A DNA stretch of 64,000 nucleotides from Octopus vulgaris (GCA_951406725.2 OX597815.1:111972001-112036000), one strand, 5' to 3'. Positions 38,866 to 53,053 are shown, numbered from the stretch's first letter. The notes: generated by a model from the sequence alone, not told the origin. A program made the numbers and translations.

Positions 38866-41800
38866 CGGTAGTATGTGTCAATTTATTTATTTATTTTTCA
38901 TAGTTTCTATTTTCAATTAGCATATGATTACAACTACAGAGAAACGGAATTTAGTTGATTCACTTAACGACAGTATTTAATGTTGACTTGTTTCATTATC
39001 TTCAAAGACTCTCAAAACAAATTCAACTCTCCGACGAGAATTGAAACCCGTGCGTTGATAGACACATCTAAAAAGCGATTTTGACATTTTGGTCTTCAGT
39101 TGTAAGTTCTGGTTTTGATTTCTACTTGGCTTTGGCATCAGCTTATGAACATATTAAGGTAAGTCAGTGAGAGGGTTGAATCGTTGGTATATCGGATAGA
39201 ATGCTGGACGACTTTTCTTCCGTATTTTTATTTTCTGATTTTTAATTCCATGGGGATCAATATAGCATTTCATCGTTATGGAGTCAATAGAATAGGCAAT
39301 GGCAGAGCATTGAGATCGGTGTAATCGACAATCCCTTCCCACTTATATAGCTGGACATGTGTCACAATTTAAAACCGTTAATAAGGAAAGATCAGATTTT
39401 AAGTTTCCAATATAATCACATAAAATTCTAAATGAGCCGTAAGTGATTTCTAAATTTGTTGATGGGTAACTGTTATAGTTGGTTTAATGTATATCACTGA
39501 AAGAAGTTATTATACTACAGGAGAAATCTTACTTGTAATTGGTGTCAATAGAACAACTGCTGCGATGTGTTGACGCAGAAAATACTTAATTCTCAAATTA
39601 TCCAAGCGAAGAGAAAGTAAATAGATATATTTTATAGGTAAAACTCCCTACTAAGCGCTTCCAGCATGCATAAATAATCGATAAGTGTTTCGTTAGTTTG
39701 TAGTCCAATTAATGAAACAAAAATGGTATCCAATAAACTGGCATGTGATAGATACACTATCGTAAGTGGACGTTTGTAATGGTGTCTTGTGACATTAATC
39801 ATGAATAGGAATACGTTGGAATTCATTTATTACACAACATTAACATTTAACATTTTCTTCCCTCTCACGCGAAAGTAAGTAGTTATAAGACATATATTCC
39901 CTCATGTTATGTATTATTATTAGTGATGAATAGCTACTGCGGAAACATAGTTCTCAGTTACGTCATTGCAATTTGTACACCATAATTTGGAACGCTTGCA
40001 ATGCTTACACAAATTTTCTGATTTTTGTGAAGTATTTTAAATCAATGTAAAATGTATTGAAATGTGGTCGTTGGTACAAGAAAAAAAAGCAAGGGATGTG
40101 AGCGAAAGTTCTTTACACAATTAGACACAGAGGAATACTGACTTTTTAAAATTCCTAATTTGAAAGTTTGTGTTTGCGTGTTATTTGTTAAAATGGTTTT
40201 ACATCCAGAAACATAACCTCAGACGCAAGTATTTAACCAATTATAAAATATAGATAATACTGAATGGGATGCTGTGATCAGATAAGCTAAAATTAAGTTT
40301 CGATAAAATATTTATTTTCAAATCAATTTTTAATTAATGAAAGTATTTCCGTAAACAACCAAATGTGAAGTGCGGTGGCGGAGTCGTAAGGATGTGAAAT
40401 TACACATCGGCAAACAGATCGTTTTGCAAATGAGTGTACAGTTTCTCTTGCCAAAAGTTAAGCCAAGACAATTCAGTTTATAAATTAACATTAGTTTAAA
40501 GAAGACAGTGCCTGTTTATATGAAATGGGAGGCTAATGACGTATTTGTGTACTCGAAATAGGTTGAATCAGAATTTGTTACAACTGATAGTTCGAATGGT
40601 AGAGCATGTATCATTATACGGGACAATAGTTGCATTATTGATATTCTTCCATGTACGTTTTAATACGTTAGAGAAGTGTACCCCCTAAATGGTTTTGGAG
40701 ACACTTGACAACGAAAATAGACATCGTGTATTTTTTTCTTTTTAATATGCATTTTTTATGCGACTTTTTCTTCTTCATAACTTACTTTGCCTCTTTTCAA
40801 TATCCTTTTTATACATAGGGATGAATGACACAATAAAGATCGCTGTTCAGTAACTATTAGTTATATAAGATCAAAACTCGCGTCAGTTTCCTTAAACATC
40901 CTAGGACAATAAAGAATATTCAGAAATCAATGCATGCAATTCAAAGGCAATTTTGAATGTCATTTCTGCAATATATTGCTAATTAAAATAATGTTACATT
41001 GAGTCACATGAAAACGAATTAAATAATTATAAATATTGTTACATAAAGAACACTTCTACAATGAAAACTACGTTCATTTCCTGTGTTACTAGCCGTGTGA
41101 TTTGTATATTTCTTTTCCATCGGTTTCCTGTCAGCGAATAGCTATAGCTATTCTCTGAAGCACGGACGTTGATAAGAAACGGAAATTATGTGAATGGTAA
41201 TGTAGAAAACCATGATAATATGCTTCCGTAGGCTCACCATGATTAAATGTCTAAATAACTAATTACTTTCTCCTTCTCACTCCTCTACCGTCTTACTCTG
41301 TCGTCATCTCACTTAGTGTAATTGTTCAGATCTAGGTAAGTGTATGCTATTAACGTGAAACAGGCGCAAAGTGAGATGTGTCATTTATTCAGAACCAATG
41401 ACAGAATAATTTCATGAGAGGAAAACATTGATCAGTCCCTCTTAAGCGTAACTATGAAAGTGCAGGTATATTAATAGGATCTTAACTCGTGTCATTTCAC
41501 ACATATGCCGCTGGCTTGTCAAATTGTCGAATCTAAAGTTATTAGATTTTAAAGCTGCTAACACTGTAAGTAAGGTTATCAGATTTTATTAACTTTGACG
41601 GGAATACGCTGAGCGGGTTGGTTTCGAGATAAAAGAAGCTTAATTAGCTGTTTTGGAAAACAGACATACACACGCACACATACACATGCGTATGCACACA
41701 CAGACAAACACATACACCCACAAATATATCTTATAAAATTATTTATATATATATAAAATTATTTATAATATTTATATACATATATATATATATACCACGA

Positions 41801-42077
41801 ATATATGCGCATGTATATGTATATGTATGTATATATATATATAAATATCTATTTATCTCTCTATCTCTCTCTCTCACACACACACACTCTCTCTCTTTCT
41901 CTCTCTCTCTATATATATATATATATACATACATACATAAATACATATATATATTCACACATTCACATACAAATTGACACGCACACATATATATGTTTAA
42001 TATTATATAAATATACATCTATATACACATATATGTATATATATATACGTATATATATATGTATATATATATCTATA

Positions 42078-42124
<47 letters not shown>

Positions 42125-42670
42125 GGGTGGACATGTGTGTGTGTGATATAAATAAAATACAATTTTATTTGGTTTCGAAGTCTCATATTATCGTTAAATG
42201 CTCGAAATGAGGAGTAGATAGACATCCGACAGCTGATGAAGGGTCATCGTATCTTATTCTCACTATCCTCTTCTTGTTACTAGTTTCAACCTCCGCAAAA
42301 AATCCCAAATTATATTTAATTTGCTTTGCGGGGAGGATTGTTTCAACGACGTTGTGTATTGTCCTTACCTTCGACGCGGAGGAGATGAAACAGGGACAAC
42401 AGTCGAAGGGGAATATTCTATATGTTGCATGTCTCGTTTCTCTGTTTGTTTGTTTTTCGTTGTTCAAAAAGAAGTTCCCTTTCTATGTTTTGTTTATATG
42501 TTTTCGTTTCTCGTTGTGTTCAATGTCTTTTTTATGTTCTGTACCAATATATGCATGTATATATGCATATATATATGGGTATGTACATATATGTATGTAT
42601 ATATGCATATATTTATATATTATATATATTATTGTATGATCAAACGCCGCGCATCCTTTTCCAAGTAAAC

Positions 42671-42734
<64 letters not shown>

Positions 42735-42737
<3 letters not shown>

Positions 42738-45087
42738 GCAAAAATGCAAAAACGCCAAAATGCAAAACAAATGTCATCCCTCCTGTTCATCCATTTGACA
42801 CTATGGATTTCCACAATGCAAACTAGGAAGCGATCAATAATGATCTTGCACAAGTCGATTGGTCCTTCACGCACACATACACACCCACTAACATCAAAAA
42901 GTCCTGGCAGTCACTTGTAGACACCATCACGAACATATGTGCAAGACACACCCCATTAAGATCTGCAAACAAAATCTAAGTGTCGAATCCCTAGAAATAG
43001 AAAATCTCTCATAAGGAAAATTAAAAGAATCAACAAAAAGTTCAACATGCTGAAATACTGTCAACAGCAACACACCAACCTGACTGCCATCTCGTCGCTA
43101 GAGATTAAAAAACATAAACTCCAAAACAACATGATGTCTATCATCAATAGTCAGCGAAGAGCTGAAGAGGCCTGGGCCATTGAGAAGATCAAACTCAATC
43201 CCAAAGTGTTCTTTTCATTTGCAAAAAAACACAGAGTCACTGGTTCTACTGTTGGCCCTCTGATTGATGAAAATGGTACTCTTCAAGACATTGCCAAAAC
43301 CATGGGAGAGATATTGCAGAAACAATATTGCTCTGTTTTCAGCAATCCTGATATGACTGATCTGGGCTGTATCAGTGATGTTACTCCCCAATACACTTTA
43401 TCGGACATAACATCTGGCGCTCCTGATGTCTTAGCAGCAATAAAGGAAATGAAGCATAATTCAGCAGTAGGTCCCGATAGGTTCCCTGCTTGTGTCTTGA
43501 AGATGTGTCAAAACCAACTTGCACCCCCTCTAGCCAATCTGTGGCGGAACTCACTGGATGCTGGATATATACCAGAAGACCTTCTATCCCAGTCTGTTGT
43601 CCCAGTTTTCAAAAAAGGAAACAAATCGCTTGCCGTGAATTACCGTCCAATCTCACTCACCTCTCATATCATCAAGGTATTTGAGAGGGTGCTGAGATCG
43701 CGTATGACTCACTTCCTTGAGAGTCATAATATGCTGAACCCCAACCAGCATGGATTCCGTAATGGGAGAGATTGCCTGACGCAGCTACTGCATCATTTTG
43801 ATGACATTTTGAGAGCCTTGGGAGAAGGTTCCAACACTGATGTCATCTACCTTGATTTCAGCAAGGCCTTTGACAGGGTTGATCATAAGATCCTTCTGAG
43901 AAAGCTGTCCAATATTGGTGTCACTGGAAAGCTGCTGCAATGGATCAAGTGCTTCCTGTCTAACAGAACCCAACATGTTGTAGTCGAAGGAGTCAAATCC
44001 AGCCCAGCCAAAGTCAGCAGTGGTGTCCCACAAGGCACTGTGTTGGGCCCACTTCTCTTCATCATCTACATAAATGATATTACTGACACCATCAAACACA
44101 GTAACATCAGAACCTTCGCTGATGATTCCAAGCTCCAGAAGGTCATCAATGGCGTGGATGACCGAATAAACCTTCAGTCAGACCTACTGGCTGTTGTCCA
44201 ATGGGCGGAAAAGAATAACATGTTGCTAAATGAAGACAAATTCGAACTGATCCACTTTGGAAGGGAGGACGCTCTGAAACTCCCATACTCTCTTCCTTCT
44301 GGAGAAATTCTCATGGCATCCAACAACATCAGAGACCTGGGAGTAACAGTGGACAACAACATAAGCTGGGCTACACATATAAGCAGCAAAGTTGACATGG
44401 CCCGCAGAATGTGTTCCTGGATTCTCAGAACCTTCCAGTCGAGAGATTCCCACGCTATTATCCTTCTCTTCTCCACTTTTGCCCGACCCCACCTTGAATA
44501 CTGCTGTCCACTGTGGTCTCCCTACATAAAACAAAATATTATGAGAATTGAAGCTCCCCAAAGGTCAATCACAAAAAAGATAGATGGCATGTCAGACCTT
44601 GACTACTGGGGTAGACTAGAGAAGCTGAAATTGTATTCACTCCAACGACGCCGTGAACGCTACATTATCTGTATGATGTGGAAAATATTCCATCAGCACT
44701 GTCCGAATGATGTTGGCATCACCTTCAAAATGCATCCAAGGCTTGGACCACGTGCCATCCGTCCACAACAAAAATCTAAATCGCATCACATAACGACAAT
44801 ACGGCACAACTATTTCACCTCAATTGGACCCGCTCTCTTCAACATTACACCAGGACACGTCAAAAAAGAAACTGACCACACAAAATTCAAGAAGTCTTTG
44901 GACAAATTCCGTCAAACAGTACCGGACAAACCACCCACACCCGGATATGTCTCCGCAAACAATAACTCTCTGCTCGAATGGGCCTTGGTGCCCAAATCCT
45001 GAACTGAAAGACTTCGCCAGGTGGTGCTATTAAGTTAGACATGGCCTGGGCCAAAACTGGCCAAAAACCTTTCTAAGTTATTCTAAG

Positions 45088-45090
<3 letters not shown>
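42735..45090 (+). mobile_element. CR1/L2-group LINE, 5'-truncated, inserted in (TA)n
   Basis: Upstream FDTMDFHNAN*EAINNDLAQVDW linker; RT ORF; 3' stem-loop ggcca-aaac-tggcc; (TTCTAAGTTA)2 tail; (TA)n on both sides. Confidence 0.92.
43047..45002 (+). CDS. Non-LTR reverse transcriptase (ORF2 without the endonuclease)
   Basis: SAVGPD; PVFKKG; NYRPISLTS; QHGFR; YLDFSKAFDRVDH; SGVPQGTVLGPLLF; FADDSK; RDLGV; RPHLEYCCPLWSP; LQRRRER. Confidence 0.92.
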   Translation: MLKYCQQQHTNLTAISSLEIKKHKLQNNMMSIINSQRRAEEAWAIEKIKLNPKVFFSFAKKHRVTGSTVGPLIDENGTLQDIAKTMGEILQKQYCSVFSNPDMTDLGCISDVTPQYTLSDITSGAPDVLAAIKEMKHNSAVGPDRFPACVLKMCQNQLAPPLANLWRNSLDAGYIPEDLLSQSVVPVFKKGNKSLAVNYRPISLTSHIIKVFERVLRSRMTHFLESHNMLNPNQHGFRNGRDCLTQLLHHFDDILRALGEGSNTDVIYLDFSKAFDRVDHKILLRKLSNIGVTGKLLQWIKCFLSNRTQHVVVEGVKSSPAKVSSGVPQGTVLGPLLFIIYINDITDTIKHSNIRTFADDSKLQKVINGVDDRINLQSDLLAVVQWAEKNNMLLNEDKFELIHFGREDALKLPYSLPSGEILMASNNIRDLGVTVDNNISWATHISSKVDMARRMCSWILRTFQSRDSHAIILLFSTFARPHLEYCCPLWSPYIKQNIMRIEAPQRSITKKIDGMSDLDYWGRLEKLKLYSLQRRRERYIICMMWKIFHQHCPNDVGITFKMHPRLGPRAIRPQQKSKSHHITTIRHNYFTSIGPALFNITPGHVKKETDHTKFKKSLDKFRQTVPDKPPTPGYVSANNNSLLEWALVPKS

Positions 45091-45147
<57 letters not shown>

Positions 45148-45374
45148 TACTTTACTCTCTTTTACTCTTTTACTTATTCCAGTTATTTGACTGCGGCTAT
45201 GCTAGAGCACCGCCTTTAGTCGAGCAAATCGACCCCAGGACTTATTCTTTGGAGGCATGGTACTCATTTTATCGGTCTCTTTTGCCGAACCGCTAAGCTA
45301 CGGGGACGGAAACACACCACCATCGTTTGTCATGCGACATTGGGAGGATAAACACAGCCACTCCTGCGCTTATA

Positions 45375-45440
<66 letters not shown>

Positions 45441-45508
45441 ACATGCTTCTTTCAGTTTCCGTCACAAGGCTTTCATCGACCCGAGGCTATAATAGAAGAC
45501 ACTTGGTT
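45148..45508 (-). mobile_element. SINE family A
   Basis: (tttactc)n tail, gagcaccgcctttagtcgagcaaatcgaccccagg, ttttgccgaaccgctaag, tttcagtttccgtc. Confidence 0.85.
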
Positions 45509-45563
45509 ATGCATATATTATATATGCGTATGTATATATTATATATACATGTGCATATATTAC

Positions 45564-45602
<39 letters not shown>

Positions 45603-45603
45603 T

Positions 45604-45680
<77 letters not shown>

Positions 45681-46519
45681 TATATTTGCGTGTGAATAAA
45701 AGAATAATTACTGCGAAAAATAGGCTGATATTTTTAAATAACAACTGCTAACAAGCCGTATGGAAACCACACAAATTTTATTTACTTATACGTTTCCTTT
45801 CTCCCTTTCCATAACTTTTGAATTTTCAGTCATGAAAGGGACCTGCTGTTTATCACCGGATTTGTTGGATAACCGTTGTTCGACATTGTGGTTTCTTTAC
45901 TTGATTGCAACTTCTATGTTATTAACATGTCAATTTATAAACATGTATAACCAACACATAGTTTAGAAGCAGCATCGGCATGGCATTGGTTGTGGCTATG
46001 ATGTAAGACTGGTTTCTGTACTGTTTCAGTGTACTTACTATCATCACAAGATATGTTTGGACTTGTGTCTATAGAATGTGACATTTGCTCATGATGCAAA
46101 GCAGTTGGACTTTACTCGGGATTTCTTGGCTGCAGAGTAAACCTCTAAATCATTCGACCATACAGAGCTTAATAGAACGTTTAACAACTTCTATAAAACT
46201 GCCAAAAAATCGAAATGTAAAACGTTAATATGCATTGTAACCACTCTAAGAATATTACTGATAATCCCATTAGAAATTTATCTCTTAGAATCATGACGCT
46301 CTCATCTATTGAAATAATATATGAAGCATGAACTATGTTACATTGATATCGCTCCGACAAATTGAAGTAGGAAAAATAGAAGTAGGTCTAGAAACATCAC
46401 TCATTTTGGGCTCACATATAACTTTGACATTTAGATGTTTTTAGCCTAACGTTTAGACTTTCCTTCTCTCTATTTTAGATGCATTTCCCCTGACCCATAA
46501 GAATAATAGTGTATTTGAT

Positions 46520-47388
46520 ATAAATACAGTTAAATTCATATCGAGCCTTCCATAAACTGTAGTTCCGCATCATGCTGTGAAATCAAGCATAAAATCCACT
46601 AATAAAATATCACCCGATTTCAACTCGAAAATTTGATCCAACCAAACTCTCAATTCCGCATCAGTATTTAACGAAACTCCATGCATAGCATTTGAAAGAG
46701 ATCGAAAGAAGTGGAAATCCATTGTTGCCAAATCAGAAGTGTCTCACGCGCAGTGTCACTTAATTACCGGGGCTAAACCATTTCTTACGCTGCTTCATAT
46801 TGATGTACAGGCACCGTTTTTCATCGCCAGTAACGATTTTGTAACGAAATCGTTGCTTGTGTCCAGCGGAGATTGTGGTTCTTTGATTTTTGTTGTCATT
46901 TAAAGCATGCGGAACTCACGCTCCATACTTCAGAACCTTTCCCAACGTGTAAAGCTGCTTCTCTATAGCAGTGTGGGAGCATTCTATTTTTGTCTGCCAG
47001 TTCCCTTGACGTTTGACGATAATCTTGAGGCAAAAGTTGGTTTAATCACTCTTCATCGAACTCAACTGGACGGCCAAAACAAGGTGCGTCTTTGAGGTCA
47101 CAATTTCCAATTGTGAACTTGGCATACCAATCACGAGCGGTTCTTTCAGCTATGGCATCCCTCCATGCACAGCACAAATGCCGGGAGCAGCTTTTGCGGT
47201 CTTTGAGCCTTGATTAAAAGCAAAAAGAAAGAGGTGGTGAAAATGCCCGCTTTTCGTAACTCGACATACCCTTTTAATGATTTTAAAATAAACAAAAATA
47301 AACTACAATTAACTGGAAAAAAAATTAGATTCCAAAATTTAAAAACGCAATAAATTCCCAAATGGCGGGTACTTAGTTGCCAACCCAA
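46520..47388 (-). mobile_element. Mariner relic with one TIR, internally deleted
   Basis: TIR ttgggttggcaactaagt next to TA; ERTARDWYAKF; IVTGDEK; DLATMDFHFFRSL. Confidence 0.8.
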
Positions 47389-47389
47389 T

Positions 47390-47422
<33 letters not shown>

Positions 47423-47423
47423 C

Positions 47424-47512
<89 letters not shown>

Positions 47513-47525
47513 CATACATACATAC

Positions 47526-47572
<47 letters not shown>

Positions 47573-47979
47573 CTTTTGGATTACCCTCCCACCTCCGGTG
47601 TCACTGACGTCATTGTCGAACCCCGAGAGACTTCCATTATATATATACTTTGACATTATCCCAGGAAATACATTACTGGAAATAAGTATAATATTATATA
47701 TTGTAGGATATATGTATGAATTTCAGCAGAAATGTTTTAATAAGTAGATGTAAAAGTCCTTCTGTTTATAATTCAGTATCTCCAAAGACAGAAGTAAAAT
47801 GAATAAATTACAATAACTTCAATCCTGTCCGAGATTTCGTCAACGATTGAGTAATTGCTTTGTATATAGTCAGAGTTTATGAATCCTGAATTACATAGAG
47901 CTGCAGTAAAGTATGTAAGTAACATCCTTACATACATACGTACATGCATACAAACAGACAGACAGACGGATGGATGAAT

Positions 47980-47980
47980 G

Positions 47981-48078
<98 letters not shown>
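47980..48078. repeat. (GATA)n microsatellite
   Basis: Direct reading. Confidence 0.95.
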
Positions 48079-48310
48079 GAAGCTATGCGTCTATAATTCG
48101 CCGTTCGACAGTCATCTGTTACTGTATCTTATCAATAATAGTTTGTCAGTTCCCTAGATACTTAGTTTACCGATTGATGACAATAACATATGCACATACT
48201 GGTGTGATTGTTATTCTTGCTTTTTTTCTGTTCTTATATTCGTCGCTTTCATCACACGAGACTCTATAAAACTTCTATCGACAGTATATGTCTATATGTT
48301 TATATATAAA

Positions 48311-48385
<75 letters not shown>

Positions 48386-49315
48386 ATATATATGTTCGTG
48401 CGTATGGATAGATATTAATCATACTTATGCCATAGCTAATTGGCCGTTTTTCAACGCTTAATTTCCTGTGCCTAATTGTAGATGATTAATGTTACATTAT
48501 TATTTGACTTGTAATATAAGTCAAAAAAGAGATGCAAAGCTACAGCACAGTCGCTCGTCTTTGTTATGTGTATAGCGTAATATTATATTCTATTGCTAAA
48601 TATGAAATGATATTGCTACGCTTTCTTAAACTCTGTGAAGTTGTAGTTTCCGCTAATGTTATCGTGTCTGACAATTATTGATTCGTGTAATATTTTTCAC
48701 ATTCAGTAAGGAAATTGTCTATATTTTCATCGGTATACTTTGTTTTCTCTTCTTTCTGGAATCCAGAAGTTTGTAAGCAGGATATTTGTTCCTAGGTAGA
48801 AAGCATATTTCATTTTCCTTTCGAGAATAGATAAGTATATATGTGATGAGGTTTAAAAAATGATGGTCCTTATATTATTTTTAAATAAATTTTATGGAGC
48901 CTTCTAGGTGCTACGTTTACAGAGAAACTGGATACTGCTCTTAAAGTGCAAGTCACAGCTCGACTATGTATAATACTCTAAAATTGAGACGTGGTTTTTA
49001 AACTTGCCGGTTAAATCTCAGCCTGTAAGTATAGGGAACTAATACTAAATACCTCCTCTACAGAGAATTCTTTTCTTGTATACCTTTGCTTCTGTTTTAC
49101 TATTGAAATCCTTCATTGGGATTGAAATAAATCTTCTTCAGTAACACAGGCTTAATGCAAGTTGGCTAGTATTATTATCTTTAAAAGTAAGCTGTTGTGG
49201 TAAAAGAAAAGAAAGAGAGTTGAGAAAAGAGAGGTGCGAATTAACGTTGAATATCCTCTCACATGACCAACACAGCATATACTTATTACCGATGCACGTG
49301 CAGATATAAGAGATA

Positions 49316-50585
49316 CGAGGGGCGTTCAATAAGTAATGCCCCTGACCCACTTGAAGTTGTTTGATCTAGCTGAAATTTTGCATGTGCACTTATTTATACC
49401 TCTATAGATTAGGTAGCGAATTAAAGCTCTGAACTAATTGTGGTTTCTGATTTACAGGTGTTTGAACTGAGTCAAGTGTGAAATGGAGCCTGTTGAGTGT
49501 CGAGCAGTGATCTGGTTTTTGTATTTGAAAGGACGCACATCACGGGAGACTTTTGATGAAATGAAAGTAACTTATGGTGATGATGCCCCATCATATGATC
49601 TTGTAAAACGCTGGCATTGTGAATTCAAACATAGTCGGAACTCTGTGGAAACAGCTCCCAGATCTGGTCGCCCCCTTCTGCCGTTGATGAGACGTCTGTC
49701 CGTCAAGTTGAGGCTGCCGTTTTGGAAGGTCAACGCATAACTATTCGCCAAATAGCCCATAAGGTCAAGATTAGTACCGGGTCTGTGGAAACTATCATTC
49801 ATGAACATTTTCATAAGCAAAAGGTGTCTGCCAGATGGATTTCCAGGTTGCTCACACCTTTCCAGAAGGAAGAACGCGTTGAGTGCTCGAGGATGAATTT
49901 GGAGATGTGCCAAGAAGATGAGTCAAAATTTTTCAAAAGACTGATCACACAGGATAAAACATGGGTCCATCACTATGATCCATAGACCAAAGCCCAGTCA
50001 ATGCAGTGAAAGCATCGTGACTCACCTCCTCCAAAGAAGGCAAGGGTGCAGCCCTCCGCTGACAAGGTTATGCTCACAGTCTTCTGGGACCAGGACTGAG
50101 TTGTGATGACAGATTTCCTGGCAAAGGGTACCACAATTACAGGAGCCTATTATGCTTCACTTTTGAGGAAATTAAGAGATGCTATCAAAATCAAGAGGCG
50201 GGGCAAGATCAGCAAAGTCATTCTCCTCCTGCAGGACAACGCTCCGGTCCACAACTCGCGTGTCGCCAGATCAGAAGCACAGGCGTGCAGCTATGAACTC
50301 CTCCCCTTGCACCCTCAGATTTTCACCTCTTCCCAGCCATGAAGTTGATTTTGAAAGGAAAGCGTTTCCCAGATGATGCAGCCTTGATTTCTGAAGTCAC
50401 GTCGTGGTTGGAGGACCAAGCTGGGGTCTTCTACAAAAACGGTCTCCAGAGCTGTATCAAACGATGGGAGAAATGCATAACTCTGGGTAGTTCCTATGTA
50501 GGAAAAGACTAATAACTGTGCCAAGTGTCGTTGCTCTACTGCTATGGGAAGTGGGTCAGGGGCATTACTTATTGAACGCCCCTCG
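49316..50585 (+). mobile_element. Full-length mariner (irritans/Hsmar2-like TIR), 1270 bp
   Basis: Perfect 37-bp TIRs cgaggggcgttcaataagtaatgcccctgacccactt; TA at 49314-49315 and 50586-50587. Confidence 0.96.
49483..50512 (+). pseudogene. Mariner transposase pseudogene
   Basis: RAVIWFL..PRSGRP; KVSARWI; ITQDKTWVHHYDP; LLQDNAPVH; LAPSDFHLF with the preceding HPPYSPD segment missing; RWEKCI; frameshifts and stops. Confidence 0.9.
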
Positions 50586-51859
50586 TAGCACAAGGCTGCA
50601 GAAGACAACTATATTTCGATAGTGGTAATTTAGTAATAAATACTTTAAGAACGGATGCAAATATATTAAGTGTAGCAACATTAATACTCTGCTTCTGATA
50701 ACAGAATCAGCAAGTTCAATAATAATGAGGTTTGTAGCAGCCATTTCATCAATATTATCAGGTGTAATTGCTACTGAAGTAGCAGCACAAATGAAAAAAA
50801 TCAACAAAACTATCATTTATTCAAAAATAGAAATTTGGGCATCACTAACAATGAAAGAAGTATGTGTAAAAGATATGCGTGTGACCATTTATGAAAGCAT
50901 ATGACTTGCTAAAAACAGCAGCCGAATTACCCAAGTATTTTAGAAAAGATTATCTATAATTGTTTCAAACATGCACAAGGCGAGAAATTTTGGTAGAGTT
51001 TTCGATTATTTGTTCCCATTACTGAATTAATAACTTATTTTCTCGATGCCGGTGTGGAGTAAAAATATTTTTGAGCATGAAGGTATCTGAATGAGAAATG
51101 TATGTAGTCAGAATAAATATGACCAAGCAAATTTCGATTTTTTAATGATTTTCCAATCGAGCACTCATTCACACAAGCCTTATGATATATTCTTTATAAC
51201 TTTACACGGGAAAAGCCAATTTAGATGAGAGGAACAAATCGATAATATCAATCTTAGTAGAACGTAAGGAATGAGAAGAAATGCATATCCTACACACAAC
51301 TGATCCTTTCCATCTCAAGTTGCCTCAACTTGATAGTAAAAGCGGTGTGGTCAAAGATAAATCATAACAAATGTCTTACACGATTAGGTTCAACAAACAT
51401 TATTCATCATATTTCAATCATTTGACTCTGCGTTTAGGATTAAATTACTCTGGCAACAACGGATCGTTTTTTTCAATATTTTTGGATTTCTTTTTTTCGA
51501 TTGCTTGACATTAAAATTCTTTGAATGATAATTGATTCGAAAACGATTCAGCCATGTGGATTATTATTTTCTCAAAAGGGTATTAAATTGATGAACCTGT
51601 TTTTGATGCTGACTAGATAATTTTATTAGTGAAGATGTGCGATTAAAATGTGTGAATACATATAGTGTGACCTGCATTATAAATACATAAACGCGCGCGT
51701 GCACACACAGACTCCAACACACACATATGTGGTCGTGCACACACATACGCACGCATGTATATGTATGTATGTATATATGTATGTATGGATGTATAGCGAA
51801 ACAAAGTGGGGTTAAAGAAATAATTGTTGGCGCACCATATAAATATTTCTGAGCTAAAT

Positions 51860-52990
51860 AACAAAAAATAACCTATACCTTTATATTCTTGAAATCTTGG
51901 GAAATATTAGCTGGATGTGTCTCGGCAAATTCTTCAATGTTTCGGCGTATGTTTGAAAGACAAACCCGCATTCCTTGACAATCCAAAATTAGATTTCATT
52001 TCTTCGAAGAACGTAAAAATTTCTTGTCGTAGCTCGTGTACACGGGTAAGTACTTTTCCTCTTAACAGCCACCTTGGTTCGATGTGTAAAAGCAGCCGTT
52101 TTTGTTGAGTATCCATATCGGTACAAAAGTTCGAACATACGAGATTTGACAGGTCTTGTTTTAATAAAGTTTACAACCTGAACAACTTGATCTAAAACTT
52201 CTTTTAGTTCGAGACTACCTTTTTGCACACAGGCAAACTTAGGGACTCGCCTATAGTATGAGGTTTCATATTTTGTGCTGTCAGTTCTGAGACTTGGTAG
52301 GGGTCATATTACTTATGAAACAATTTGCCGCTTTACTTCGCTGTTCAGACAATCTCTTGAAATAATTTTTAGGTTTATGTGGATGTTTAGTTTTTAAATG
52401 TTTGCTCAGTTTACTGGAGAGCAATGATTCATTTGACATCTTATTTGCACATACTATGGTCTTCATTTCCAGTCCATGGGAAACTAAAGCTTTAATAACT
52501 TATATCGTACTTGCGAGTAGGCCGCGGTTTCAGTTTCTTATTTGAACAGTTTGCATCACTTAAGTTTTGTCACACATCCCAGTTCCCATTCATCAATATC
52601 ACGCTTCTTTTTAACAAGAAACCTATCCATTTTTTATGGGTGTACTTTTGTGCAAGTGAAAATAACAACACTCCACTCTGAACCCCTGTTTAACACAGCA
52701 AAACACCGTGTCTGCTACCACCGCACGCTTCGATGTTGCACAGTCGTTCAAATCTCGTTCAAACGTGTTCGCAGCGCATATCGAATCTACAAGCAGGCCT
52801 GAAGATAGCAGTTGCAAAGTAGAGCGCTGTTATAATTTTGTGTTGACGGAAATACCGGCATTTCCGTAAGGTAATTGTATTATGTAAGAAAGTAGCTATG
52901 CATTTACTTCTTTATATCTGAATGCATGTATTTGGAAAATCTCAGGGCGCACCTCGACATTTTCTGGGGCGTACTTTTTGAGAACCGCAG
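51860..52990 (-). mobile_element. hAT Charlie/Buster-like transposon relic with 5' terminus
   Basis: SNESLLSSKLSKHLKTKH; LKEVLDQVVQVVNFIKTRP; LLLHIEPRWLLRGKVLTRVHELR; terminus ctgcggttctcaaa resembles a Charlie TIR. Confidence 0.85.
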
Positions 52991-53053
52991 ATCGTAAATG
53001 TGTATTGCAACCATCGATTTAAAAATCGATGGTTGCAATACACATTTACGATC
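52990..53053. repeat. Perfect palindrome (31-bp arms, 2-nt loop)
   Basis: gatcgtaaatgtgtattgcaaccatcgattt-aa-aaatcgatggttgcaatacacatttacgatc. Confidence 0.97.

Noticed and set aside
39870-41640. Repeat-poor unique stretch, possible regulatory DNA or small exons
   Set aside because: No ORF, splice pattern or motif cluster I can support without conservation data.
42170-42430. cagCTGATGAaggg in a microsatellite-flanked repeat
   Set aside because: No paired stem II followed by GAAA on the same strand.
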